Of a stretch of DNA of 64,000 nt, positions 11,743 through 20,919 are shown one piece after another; the first letter of the stretch is position 1, and every line of letters begins with the position of its first letter. Made by a program: the position numbers and the translations under genes. This DNA is from Candidatus Thiodiazotropha sp. (GTDB lineage: Bacteria > Pseudomonadota > Gammaproteobacteria > Chromatiales > Chromatiaceae): assembly GCA_050292275.1 (NCBI GenBank), contig JBNKLI010000067.1:18718-82717 (forward strand). The letters are read 5' to 3'. The notes below the pieces were generated by a model. It ran no database searches, was not told where the DNA came from, and saw only the letters and a program-made list of their open reading frames with translations.

Positions 11743-13941
11743 CTAATAGGAAACGCTGGTTTGCAGATAGATGCGCCTCTCCCAGATGTTTTGAGAACCA
11801 ACTCGGTCATTGTTGTAGAAGTCGATGTTTTCCTTGTGAAAATTCTGCAGAATCAGCGAAATATCCATGTTTCCTCCGGAAATATCGATGTGTTTGTTGA
11901 ACTTGAGGTCGAGGCGGCTGAAGTTGGGTACGACATCACCCTGGCCAGGCCACTCCATTTCGTCTGTAAAGTAGTATGCGCCGCTTGTGGTCAATCCATC
12001 GTCAAAGCTATGGCTGGCAATCATGCTGAATGTTCTTTTGGGTATTTTTTTATGTGCGTTCTCACGATAGCTCGGGATACCATCTTTGATTCTCTTAAGC
12101 TCATTACCACTGACATCCAGATAGCTTAACCCCACGAATATCAGGTCTCTGTTGGTAGGGCGAAAGTCGATTTCGAACTCAACACCGTTGATTTCCACTT
12201 CTCCGGCATTGGTGTAGGTGAGTGCGCCGCGCTGATATAGATCCTGCAGTTGCTGGAGTACTGCAAGTGCCGTCTGATCCGTGATTCCACGATCGGGATC
12301 CGCTATGTCAAAGTGTATGTATTGATCGATAATATCCGAATACTTTTCATGAAATATGCAGAGGTCAAAATTAACACCATATTCCGTGTAATTACCAAAG
12401 TAGCCAATTTCAAATCGATCGATCTGCTGCGGATCGAGCTCTTCTGTGTTCAATACCCAGGTATTGAATTCATCATCCCGGCTGCTGAGATAAAGCGAGA
12501 CATGAGCATTGTCTTCATAAATGGTTGGCATACGATAGGCTCTTGAGCCGCTTACTCTCACCGTGTTTGATGGTGTGAGGTGATGATTGATGCCCAATCT
12601 GGGTGAGAAGACATAGTCCTTACCTTCAAACTTCTCGAGCATTGCGCCGGCATTGACCACTGTTGTCGGTGTTGCATACCATTCCGTATTGAGGAAGTAT
12701 CTGAAAAGGTCCCTCGATATGGGGTCATCCTGTTGCAGCAACCAGAAGCTTTCGCCCCGGTCATGTCTTGCACCGATTCCCCAGGCAATACGTAAATTAT
12801 TCAGGGGCTCAAAGGTATGTTCGAATTCAAGATCATAGCGATGGGATTTCAATCCGATCCATGAATAGAGCATCGGTGAATCGCTCAGGTTCAAGTTGTC
12901 CAGGAGAGCATCGAAATCGTACAGGCCTCCGGATAGTGCGGCAGCGAACAGGTCGGTTCTTAGTGCCTCATCAACGTTTTGCAGCTCGTCGAGCATGGAA
13001 ATTTGTTGAGAGAGGCGCGGTATGCGGTTCAGATCATTTATGGAATAGTAGTTGTGGTAGAATTGCAGGCTGATCTTGCTTTTTTCCGACAGCAAGCGGT
13101 TCCACTCGATGAACTGGTAGTTGTATTTGTTGTCGAGTTCGCGTTCGCTCAACAACAGGCTTGGCTGGCCTTCGTCGTAGTTTCCGTAGGCAACACCTAA
13201 AGCCGTGCGAATTGAGGTGTCGATATCTATATTGTAGTCGGAGTCCAGCTTAAGCCACTTCGACCTGGATGAATCATCGCGCTCTCTAAAGCCTTCGCTC
13301 TCCAGATAGCTCGTCGAAAGCCGGTAATCGAGTCTACCAGCACTACCTGAGTAGGCAGCCTCCACATGCCGGGTTCCTTGATAGCCTGACGTTAAGGACA
13401 GCTTGGTGCCGCTAAGGTCAGCTGGATGTTCCGTCACTATGTTTATGACGCCGGCATAGGAGTTTGAGCCATAGGCGGCGGCATTGGGTCCACGGATGAC
13501 TTCAATGCGCAGTATTTCATCCAGAGTAAGCGATATTTCAGTCCATGGGATGCCCCCGAAAACCGGATCGTAGATGGATCTCCCGTCTATCAGAACCTGC
13601 ATATCACGGGCATATTCGTCCGCATGTCCATGGTAGGTTACGGTGGCGCTGGTACCGGCGAAAAAGCCAACCGTAAAACCTGGTACAAGCCGGAGCAGAT
13701 CCGGGATGTTCAATGCGGCGCTCGCCTTGATCATCTTTTTGTCTATCACAGTTATTGCCGTTGGGGTATTGGACTGTGCCTGTGAAAGCCTCGATGCGGA
13801 TAGAACTACGGGCAAATCATCATAAAAATAGCTTTCATTGAATGCCAAATAGTCATCATTACTACTGACTTCTTGACAGAATATGGTAAGTATCAAGCCA
13901 ATCGGTATGCTTTGGCGTGCGGGATGCTGAAAATGAAGCAT
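11743..13941 (-). CDS. TonB-dependent receptor
   Basis: Plug motifs PVVLSASRL.Q....P.AITVID...DLLRLVPG and RIEVIRGPNAAAYGSNSYAGVINIVT; beta-barrel C-terminus ending in Tyr; start set at MLHFQ because the upstream extension runs through a palindromic element. Confidence 0.92.
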   Translation of the reverse strand: MLHFQHPARQSIPIGLILTIFCQEVSSNDDYLAFNESYFYDDLPVVLSASRLSQAQSNTPTAITVIDKKMIKASAALNIPDLLRLVPGFTVGFFAGTSATVTYHGHADEYARDMQVLIDGRSIYDPVFGGIPWTEISLTLDEILRIEVIRGPNAAAYGSNSYAGVINIVTEHPADLSGTKLSLTSGYQGTRHVEAAYSGSAGRLDYRLSTSYLESEGFRERDDSSRSKWLKLDSDYNIDIDTSIRTALGVAYGNYDEGQPSLLLSERELDNKYNYQFIEWNRLLSEKSKISLQFYHNYYSINDLNRIPRLSQQISMLDELQNVDEALRTDLFAAALSGGLYDFDALLDNLNLSDSPMLYSWIGLKSHRYDLEFEHTFEPLNNLRIAWGIGARHDRGESFWLLQQDDPISRDLFRYFLNTEWYATPTTVVNAGAMLEKFEGKDYVFSPRLGINHHLTPSNTVRVSGSRAYRMPTIYEDNAHVSLYLSSRDDEFNTWVLNTEELDPQQIDRFEIGYFGNYTEYGVNFDLCIFHEKYSDIIDQYIHFDIADPDRGITDQTALAVLQQLQDLYQRGALTYTNAGEVEINGVEFEIDFRPTNRDLIFVGLSYLDVSGNELKRIKDGIPSYRENAHKKIPKRTFSMIASHSFDDGLTTSGAYYFTDEMEWPGQGDVVPNFSRLDLKFNKHIDISGGNMDISLILQNFHKENIDFYNNDRVGSQNIWERRIYLQTSVSY

Positions 13942-13985
13942 GCGGTAACCTTGATAAACTGGGGCCTGTCTATTTACTATCAATC

Positions 13986-14094
13986 TGTTAGGGGCTTCAA
14001 GCCTGCCCTTGCTCGGCATTGCGGCTCTTGACAACAGGCCAACCATAGCCTGCGAGCCACGCCTTGACCAAGCGCAGGCTTGAAGCCCTGAACA
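13986..14094. mobile_element. About 109-bp MITE-like palindromic element
   Basis: Arms TGTTAGGGGCTTCAAGCCTGCCCTTG (13986-14011) and CAAGCGCAGGCTTGAAGCCCTGAACA (14069-14094) match 23/26; inner GCGGCTC/GAGCCAC stem. Confidence 0.65.
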
Positions 14095-14256
14095 ACCTAT
14101 TTGGTTGTTGGATTAATGATACACCACACGAGAGGGATGGTTGTATGTCAGACGGAAATGCTGACCCTCAGGGTGTTTAAAAAGACATCGGCAGCAGACC
14201 CGTCTGTGCGGATGCATGCACCACCCAGGCAAGTTTACGGCAGTACCCGTTCAGAT

Positions 14257-15165
14257 TTAACCCCGGGAATTTAAATCTGCTTGACCTCTCTGTCCATGCC
14301 AATAACCGTTACATGTACCATAGGGCATATATCTGCTGAGGTCGGGAGGAGGAGATTGTCGATGCAGGGCACTATGAAATGCGTCCACGATCTTATCTGT
14401 ATGAGTGGATTGCGGGCTGATTCTCAAGACATCGACCTGTAGATCCTTGAGCAGCGGTAGCTCCTGGAGCAGATTACAGGTTCTTGCAGAAACTGTCTGG
14501 ATGCCGTTCAAAGCGAGAAAGGGTTCATTTTCCTGGGTGGAGAGCAGCCGACCGTCGGGATAGTCGATACATTTGTACTGGCAGTCGTCTTTCGGCAGGT
14601 TGTGCGATCGGGCGGTAAAGCACCTGGCGGAAAGGGTCAATGGCATGCGTCCATAGCAGAAGACTTCGGTTTCGATTCCTTCAGATCGACTCGACTGAAT
14701 CTGTTGCAGGGTCTGTTTTGACAGTTCGATGGGTAGTACCCAGCGTTTGAGACCTTTTGACGCCAGAAAATCGAGAGTTACCGAGTTGTAGATATTGATA
14801 CTGGGTCCAGTGACGAAAGGCAGCCCTTTTTTGTGCATGACCCGAACCGCACCGATGTCATTGGCTTCGATCATGAAGCGTCCGTTGTCACACAATCGCC
14901 TGAGGGTTTTGAGTTCAGATTCCGCCTCGATCAGGGCAAGCGTGGAGAGCACGATCTCCTTGTCACTCTGTTCGCTGAGTCTGGTGGCCAGATCGATCCA
15001 GTCGCTGCTGCGAAGGCTGCGCCTCTTGGAGCAGACGGTTTCGCCCAGATAGATGATATCCACCGGCATCTTCGCCGCTTGTTCATAGAATTCAAACAGT
15101 GTATCCCGAGACCAATAGTAGAGGACCGGGCCGAGTGAGAGCTTGGGCATTGTTTTCGTCCTCAT
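14257..15165 (-). CDS. ubiV: Ubiquinone anaerobic biosynthesis protein UbiV (U32 family, 4Fe-4S)
   Basis: LSLGPVLYYW, IYLGETVCSKRR and LSARCFTAR..NLPKDDCQYKC motifs. Confidence 0.95.
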   Translation of the reverse strand: MRTKTMPKLSLGPVLYYWSRDTLFEFYEQAAKMPVDIIYLGETVCSKRRSLRSSDWIDLATRLSEQSDKEIVLSTLALIEAESELKTLRRLCDNGRFMIEANDIGAVRVMHKKGLPFVTGPSINIYNSVTLDFLASKGLKRWVLPIELSKQTLQQIQSSRSEGIETEVFCYGRMPLTLSARCFTARSHNLPKDDCQYKCIDYPDGRLLSTQENEPFLALNGIQTVSARTCNLLQELPLLKDLQVDVLRISPQSTHTDKIVDAFHSALHRQSPPPDLSRYMPYGTCNGYWHGQRGQADLNSRG

Positions 15166-16157
15166 TGCCAGGGTCGGTAGTAGGGGCCCAAGGTCGTGCT
15201 GGTTCCTTCAGAGACCTGATCGAGTAACTCATTCCATGCGGTGTTTGCAGTGAAGCCATGGGGATCACGCAGGCAAGTGTCTATCGCCTGACGCCAGACT
15301 CTGGTCACCTGGCCCACGTAGGCCGGCGTGCGCTGCCGGCCTTCGATCTTGATCGCCTTGATGCCGGCACTGAACAATTTGGGCAGCAGCGCCAGCGTGT
15401 TCAGCGAGGTAGGTTCTTCGATGGCATAGAAGCTGTTTTTACCGACCGTAAATCGCCCTTTGCAGATCGTTGGGTAGCCGGCTGTTTCCTGCGCTGTGTA
15501 ACGATCGGTCAACAACCCGCCCAGACGCGACTCCATGCCATCGGGCGTTTCCCTGTATTCCACGAACTGAGCGGGGGAACAGGCGCCGTGGGTATTCGGG
15601 GACTCGCCTGTGACGTAGGAGGAGAGTATGCAGCGCCCTTCGACCATCACGCAGAGGCTGCCGAAGCCGAAGACTTCGATTTCCACGGGGGTGTTGTCGA
15701 TGACATGTTCGACCTGGCTGAGTGAGAGCACGCGCGGCAGCACTGCGCGTTTGATTCCGAACGACTCGTGATAGAAGGCGAGTGCCTCGTAGTTGGTACT
15801 CGAAGCCTGTACGGAGAGGTGCAGATTGAGGTCGGGCCAGCGGCGGCAGGCATAGTCGAGCACACCGATATCGGCGCAGATCAGCGCGTCGACGCCGAGG
15901 GAGGCGGCAGAGTCCACCGCCTCACGCCAGCGATCCCAGCCATCAGGTCGCGGATAGGTGTTGATCGCCATGAAGACGCGTTTAGCGCGGGCTTTTGCAT
16001 ATTCGATGCCTTCACGGGCGCGCTTCGTGTTGAAATTCAAGCCTGGAAAATGGCGTGCATTGGTATCGTTGCGCAGACCGAAGTAGACGGCGTCCGCGCC
16101 ATTATCCACGGCAGCCTTGAGCGAGGGCAGATTACCTGCAGGACAGACCAGTTCCAT
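15162..16157 (-). CDS. ubiU: Ubiquinone anaerobic biosynthesis protein UbiU (U32 family, 4Fe-4S)
   Basis: MELVCPAGNLPSLKAAV, FGSLCVMVEGRCILSSY.TGESPN..GACSPA, GYPTICKGRF, KIEGRQR and C-terminal YYRPWQ. Confidence 0.96.
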   Translation of the reverse strand: MELVCPAGNLPSLKAAVDNGADAVYFGLRNDTNARHFPGLNFNTKRAREGIEYAKARAKRVFMAINTYPRPDGWDRWREAVDSAASLGVDALICADIGVLDYACRRWPDLNLHLSVQASSTNYEALAFYHESFGIKRAVLPRVLSLSQVEHVIDNTPVEIEVFGFGSLCVMVEGRCILSSYVTGESPNTHGACSPAQFVEYRETPDGMESRLGGLLTDRYTAQETAGYPTICKGRFTVGKNSFYAIEEPTSLNTLALLPKLFSAGIKAIKIEGRQRTPAYVGQVTRVWRQAIDTCLRDPHGFTANTAWNELLDQVSEGTSTTLGPYYRPWQ

Positions 16158-16175
16158 GATTAGTTCATTCTCAAT

Positions 16176-17093
16176 TCAGGCAACCTGACGGCAAGCGGTT
16201 CGTCGACGTTGCAGTTCAGTGGTGATGGCGTTCAATACACGCCATTTCTTCGCACACCAGAGAGGGGCCAGGAGAATCGAATCCGACGCAGTGCCGGTGA
16301 GGCGGTGCCAGACTACATTTTCCGGTGCCAGCTCGACCAGCCCGGCTGCAATGTCGACATAGGATTCCATGGTGAGGGGGCGATAATCACCCAGGCGCCA
16401 GGCATTCGCCAGCTGGGTCCCCTTGACCACATGCAAGGGATGAAGTTTCAGTCCATCCGTACCCAGTTCCAATACTCTGTGCGCTGTTTCGATGTTGTGG
16501 CCGGCTGTCTCCCCGGGCAGTCCTGCGATCATGTGAGTGCAGACCTTGAGACCCCTGATCCGCGCGCGCTTGACGCTCTCGGCATACTCCCCAAAACCGT
16601 GTCCGCGGTTGACCCTGGCGAGGGTTTTGTCGAATGCCGACTGTAAACCGAGTTCCAGCCAGACCTCATAGCCCTGATCCTGGTATCCGCAGAGCAGATC
16701 GAGAACGTCGTCCCCCACACAGTCGGGGCGGGTGCCGATGGAGAGTCCTATGACATCATCTTCGGACAACGCCTCACCATACAGGGCGCTGAGGTGTTCA
16801 ATGTCGTCATAGGTGTTGGTGTAAGCCTGAAAGTAGGCAAGGTATTTGCGGGCCCCCGTGCGCTTGCGGATTACCCGCCGGCCCGATGCTATCTGTTCCT
16901 TGATGGGTTTGGGCTTACGCCCATTGGGGCTGAACGAGACGTTATTGCAGAAGGTGCAGCCTCCGGTGCCCTTGGTACCGTCGCGGTTGGGGCAGGTGAA
17001 TGCGGCATCGAGGGCGATTTTGTGCACCCGCTCGCCATATCGCTTCAGTAGATATTGTCCGAATGTCGGGACCTGCTCAGACAGCGTCGTCAT
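16176..17093 (-). CDS. yhcC: TIGR01212 (YhcC-like) radical SAM protein
   Basis: FTCPNRDGT.G.GGCTFC, YLAYFQAYTNTY, IGTRPDC, ELGLQS, NRGH and KLHPLHVVKGT motifs. Confidence 0.92.
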   Translation of the reverse strand: MTTLSEQVPTFGQYLLKRYGERVHKIALDAAFTCPNRDGTKGTGGCTFCNNVSFSPNGRKPKPIKEQIASGRRVIRKRTGARKYLAYFQAYTNTYDDIEHLSALYGEALSEDDVIGLSIGTRPDCVGDDVLDLLCGYQDQGYEVWLELGLQSAFDKTLARVNRGHGFGEYAESVKRARIRGLKVCTHMIAGLPGETAGHNIETAHRVLELGTDGLKLHPLHVVKGTQLANAWRLGDYRPLTMESYVDIAAGLVELAPENVVWHRLTGTASDSILLAPLWCAKKWRVLNAITTELQRRRTACRQVA

Positions 17094-17098
17094 GATAC

Positions 17099-17698
17099 CT
17101 ATCCGACTTCATTCAGGATACGACGGCGGAATTTGACATTCATCGATTTCGCGATCGCTTCGCAGGCAGCCATGTCGACTCCCTCGAGACCGTCGATTGC
17201 GGTCGCTGTTACATCCTCGATATAGTTCGGTGCCTGGCGCAGGAATTCGAGCATCGCTGCATAGGAGCCTGGTAGATTGGGGCGGCAATGCAGATCGTAT
17301 ATCTCTTCGTTTTGTGCATTCAGCGAAACCGACAGGGCATCCACGCATTCACCAAGCGCCGGAAGGGTATCGTGTTTGTGTACCAGGTTACATAATCCGT
17401 CGGTATTCACGCGAACCCGCCCACCCTGCTGCTTGATATGCCGGGCCACCTGGAGCAGTACGTTCAATCTCAGGGTCGGCTCTCCGTAACCACAGAAGAC
17501 CACTTCGTCATAGCGGCTCGGATCGTCTATGGAGGCGATGATCTCTTCAGCGGTGGGACGATGATCAAAGGCCAGGTCATAACCTTTGACCGTCATATCA
17601 CCATAGGTCTTTGGGCAAAAGGCGCACTCCAGGGTGCAGCGGTCAGTGATGCTGAGATAAAGGTTGTTTCCTATCCGGTAGCTTATCTGCTGTTGCAC
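17099..17698 (-). CDS. TatD-associated family radical SAM protein (TIGR04038-like)
   Basis: LYLSITDRCTLECAFC (CxxxCxxC), EVVFCGYGEPTLRL, RVNTDG and SVSLNA motifs; GTG start at 17698 preferred (GGGA upstream, fits promoter); longest ORF starts at 17731. Confidence 0.85.
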   Translation of the reverse strand: MQQQISYRIGNNLYLSITDRCTLECAFCPKTYGDMTVKGYDLAFDHRPTAEEIIASIDDPSRYDEVVFCGYGEPTLRLNVLLQVARHIKQQGGRVRVNTDGLCNLVHKHDTLPALGECVDALSVSLNAQNEEIYDLHCRPNLPGSYAAMLEFLRQAPNYIEDVTATAIDGLEGVDMAACEAIAKSMNVKFRRRILNEVG

Positions 17699-17729
17699 TT
17701 TTTTCCCAGGGTCTGAAAAAGGAAGTGAC

Positions 17730-17770
17730 ATCCTAGCGTTTGAGTCGTGTTAAACAATGACTTTGATCAA
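17730..17770 (-). promoter_or_regulatory. FNR/Anr-type box plus -10 element (class II geometry) for the radical SAM-yhcC-ubiU-ubiV operon
   Basis: Minus strand TTGAT-CAAA-GTCAT (17770-17757, 8/10 to TTGAT-N4-ATCAA) and TAGGAT (17735-17730); box centre about -40.5 from the implied TSS. Confidence 0.7.
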
Positions 17771-17951
17771 AATAATCGGGGAGGGCCGGCAATTGCGGGT
17801 GAATGGGGCGGTGGTTCCCGGTGGTACCGCAAGCTGCCGGGCGTAGCTGATGGCAGCTGCCGCGAAATCCGCGATGAGAGTGAAGAAAATTATGTAATTC
17901 AGGTAGATGCCAATGACTGGATTGTGCATGGCTGGATCAGAAAGGCCACTG

Positions 17952-19400
17952 TCACGAGCCAATAGAGTGCATGGTTTTCTGACAGATTACCTTGAAATTA
18001 TCATATTGCTGGCGTGTGACACCGGGACCGCTGATACCGTTGTCGGCATAGAAGAGTCCTACCGGTTTACCCTTGATAAAGACTGACATGGTGACAAATC
18101 CGCTGCTGTTGATCTGTTCCATGGCGGAAGGTGGTATCAGGGGCAGATATTTTTCCGCATTGTTCCTGTTCAGCGATACTGCCTGGGGTTTGCTAAGCAA
18201 GGCTTTGAATAAGCTTGGTTTTTTTATATTCAACGCGAACCCTTTCAGGGAGAGTTGTTTTTCCGACTCCACCACGAATCTGGCCCGGAGTGCGCTCTTG
18301 TCGGGGCTGAGCATGGCGAACATGGCCCTGCTCAAACCCAGTTCCTCGTGCATCTTTTGCAGGGCGTTGTTGAGCAGCTCCTGGAGTGGGTTGACGGAAT
18401 TTTCGGGGGGTGTCGGCCGAGATCTGGCTGCGGTGCCGGGTGCTGGCCGACGCTCGATCGAGGGTATGGGCGGCGTCCCGGGTGCCGCCTGGACTGGTGT
18501 TTGCTTTTGTCCGCCGGTTGCAGGCGTGTGTTTGAATGATTGGACTCCCGGCTGAATGAGGTGGTAGGCGGGCAATGGCAGGGGCAGCCGATACAGTTCT
18601 CGAGCCGCCTGTGCGGCGATGCCATGCAGCCGTGCGATGGCTGCATCCTGGGGCATCTCGAGAAACTCGGCCAGCAATTCGATGTCGTCATTCGTCCTCT
18701 CCCGTTGCCATCCGAGGCTGCTCTCTCTGGCTATGGCGGATGCAAGCATCACGCTCAGCGGTTTCGGTTGATAGCTGTTGGCGAGTCCTTGTGAATCGAT
18801 GATGAGTTGCGGCAGTCGCCACTGGCGACTGAGCTCGACACTGATCTCCTCGAAAGTAACTCCCAGGATCTGTCTCGCCGCATTCTCACGAGGTGTACCC
18901 GTTGCCATGATTTGATGGATCCCACGCATCGTATCTGGTGTCTTTGACCAGAGCGCCATCTCACCAACGTCATAGAGCAGTGCGGCGGTATAGAGTGTGT
19001 CGGCTTCATACCAGCCCCTCAATCCGGCAATCTCACGGGCATATACTGCGGCATGGGCGCCCCGGCTGTAGCAGTTGATCAGCCCGCGTCTGGAGGGGCC
19101 TTTCAGCTCATCCTCGAGTGACGGCAGCGTCCGGGTCGCCTGTGCTATGACATCCATCCCCAACAGGGGAATGGCGAGGGAGATCTTGGTGACGGGCTCT
19201 TTCGGCGGGTTTGGCAGGTTGTTGAGGCGCTGCATGATATGGAGGCTGAAACCAGGATCCCGGGAGATGACCTCCGAGAGTCTGTTGTGATTCACGCTCG
19301 ATCTTTGCAGCAGATCCCTGACATGGGTAAGGGTTCTTCGCAATACAGGAAGGGTCACCGTGGAAAGCCTGCGTGTCCATTCTTGGACTGTTTGGGTCAT
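17952..19400 (-). CDS. HDOD domain protein with Pro-rich linker and C-terminal GAF-like region
   Basis: LPVL, ISRDPG, ISLAIPLLG, ALLYDVG and WRLP HDOD signatures; C-terminal SVFIKGKPVGLFYAD. Confidence 0.85.
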   Translation of the reverse strand: MTQTVQEWTRRLSTVTLPVLRRTLTHVRDLLQRSSVNHNRLSEVISRDPGFSLHIMQRLNNLPNPPKEPVTKISLAIPLLGMDVIAQATRTLPSLEDELKGPSRRGLINCYSRGAHAAVYAREIAGLRGWYEADTLYTAALLYDVGEMALWSKTPDTMRGIHQIMATGTPRENAARQILGVTFEEISVELSRQWRLPQLIIDSQGLANSYQPKPLSVMLASAIARESSLGWQRERTNDDIELLAEFLEMPQDAAIARLHGIAAQAARELYRLPLPLPAYHLIQPGVQSFKHTPATGGQKQTPVQAAPGTPPIPSIERRPAPGTAARSRPTPPENSVNPLQELLNNALQKMHEELGLSRAMFAMLSPDKSALRARFVVESEKQLSLKGFALNIKKPSLFKALLSKPQAVSLNRNNAEKYLPLIPPSAMEQINSSGFVTMSVFIKGKPVGLFYADNGISGPGVTRQQYDNFKVICQKTMHSIGS

Positions 19401-19620
19401 GATTATTGTCGCTCGATATGGTCGTCTTTTAAATCCGGTGTGGAATGACCTTGGAAGCTGCAAACCGTAATCAACAGGTCGGCACTTCGAGGTGATTCTT
19501 AAGCAACCCCTAAATTTAGCAGAGGTTCCCTAAGTCGAGAAGATTCCTCTGTTTCTGCGAGATCCCGTGGATGTTAATATGCATTATTCGGTTATTTATC
19601 TATTTTTTTGAGAGGTTTGT

Positions 19621-20367
19621 ATGGCAGGACACAGTAAGTGGGCCAATATCAAGCATAAGAAGGCCGCCAACGATAAGAAGCGCGGCAAGATGTGGACCAA
19701 ACTGATACGCGAGATTACCGTGGCCGCGCGCATGGGAGGGGGGGATATCAACACCAATCCGCGCCTGCGGCTGGCCGTCGACAAGGGACTCGGTGCCAAC
19801 ATGCCCAAGGATACCATCGAACGCGCCATCAAGCGGGGTGAGGGAGGTACCGACGCTGACAATTACGACGAGATACGCTACGAGGGCTATGGTCCGGGAG
19901 GGACCGCCGTGATGGTCGATTGCATGACCGACAATCGCAACCGCACCGCATCCGAGGTTCGCCACGCCTTCAGTAAACTGGGTGGGAATCTGGGTACGGA
20001 CGGTTCGGTGGCCTACCTCTTCAGCAAGCAGGGAATGATCAGTTTCGGCAGTGATGCCGATGAAGATGCGGTCATGGAGGCGTCCCTGGAGGCGGGAGCC
20101 GAGGATGTCGTCACCAACGACGACGGCTCGATCGACGTCATCACCACTGTGGAGGCTTTCTCCCAGGTCAAGGATGCCCTGATAGCGGCCGGGTTGAAGC
20201 CAGACAGCGACGAGGTTACCTACAATGCCTCGACCAGCGCGGTGCTCGAGCAGGGCGATGCGGAGAAACTGTTACGCATGATCGATATGCTGGAAGATCT
20301 GGACGATGTGCAGGATGTCTATACCAACGCCGAGATCTCGGACGAGATCATGGACGCCATCGGCTGA
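19621..20367 (+). CDS. yebC: YebC/PmpR family DNA-binding regulator
   Basis: [22 protein letters not shown] and TDNRNRT motifs. Confidence 0.97.
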   Translation: MAGHSKWANIKHKKAANDKKRGKMWTKLIREITVAARMGGGDINTNPRLRLAVDKGLGANMPKDTIERAIKRGEGGTDADNYDEIRYEGYGPGGTAVMVDCMTDNRNRTASEVRHAFSKLGGNLGTDGSVAYLFSKQGMISFGSDADEDAVMEASLEAGAEDVVTNDDGSIDVITTVEAFSQVKDALIAAGLKPDSDEVTYNASTSAVLEQGDAEKLLRMIDMLEDLDDVQDVYTNAEISDEIMDAIG

Positions 20368-20864
20368 TGCGCATCATCGGTATCGATCCCGGTTCCCGCC
20401 TTACGGGTTACGGCCTGATCGACTCTGACGGCATGCACTCTGTCTGTCTGGCCTATGGGGCGCTGAAGCTATCCGGTGCGTCGCTTCCCCCCAGGCTGGG
20501 AGAGATTTTTTCGGAAGTCAGTCACCTGATCCAGGAGCATCGGCCCGATGTCATGGCCATCGAAGAGGTCTTCATGGCCAAGAATCCGTCTTCTGCCCTC
20601 AAGCTGGGTCAGGCAAGGGGGGCGGCCATCTGTGCCGCGGTCCATTGCGGTATCGGCGTGGCCGAATATACGCCCACGCGTATCAAGCAGGCAGTGGTGG
20701 GTACGGGACGGGCGGACAAGGCGCAGATTCAGCATATGGTACGGATGATTCTGGGCCTGCGGGAACAGCTCCAGGCAGATGCCGCGGATGCCTTGGCGGT
20801 GGCCCTGAGCCATGCTCATACCCATACCACGCTCATGCGCCAGTCCAACCGGGGAAGATCCTAG
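20367..20864 (+). CDS. ruvC: Holliday junction resolvase
   Basis: IIGIDPGSRLTGYG, LKLGQARG and DAADALAVAL motifs. Confidence 0.97.
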   Translation: MRIIGIDPGSRLTGYGLIDSDGMHSVCLAYGALKLSGASLPPRLGEIFSEVSHLIQEHRPDVMAIEEVFMAKNPSSALKLGQARGAAICAAVHCGIGVAEYTPTRIKQAVVGTGRADKAQIQHMVRMILGLREQLQADAADALAVALSHAHTHTTLMRQSNRGRS

Positions 20865-20919
20865 TGTATCATCCATGGCATAATTCCGGGGTGATTCTGC
20901 AACCGGATGACAATACAGA

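Noticed and set aside
13942-14046. N-terminal extension of the TonB receptor ORF
   Set aside because: Runs through the palindromic element and does not resemble a signal peptide; start moved to 13941
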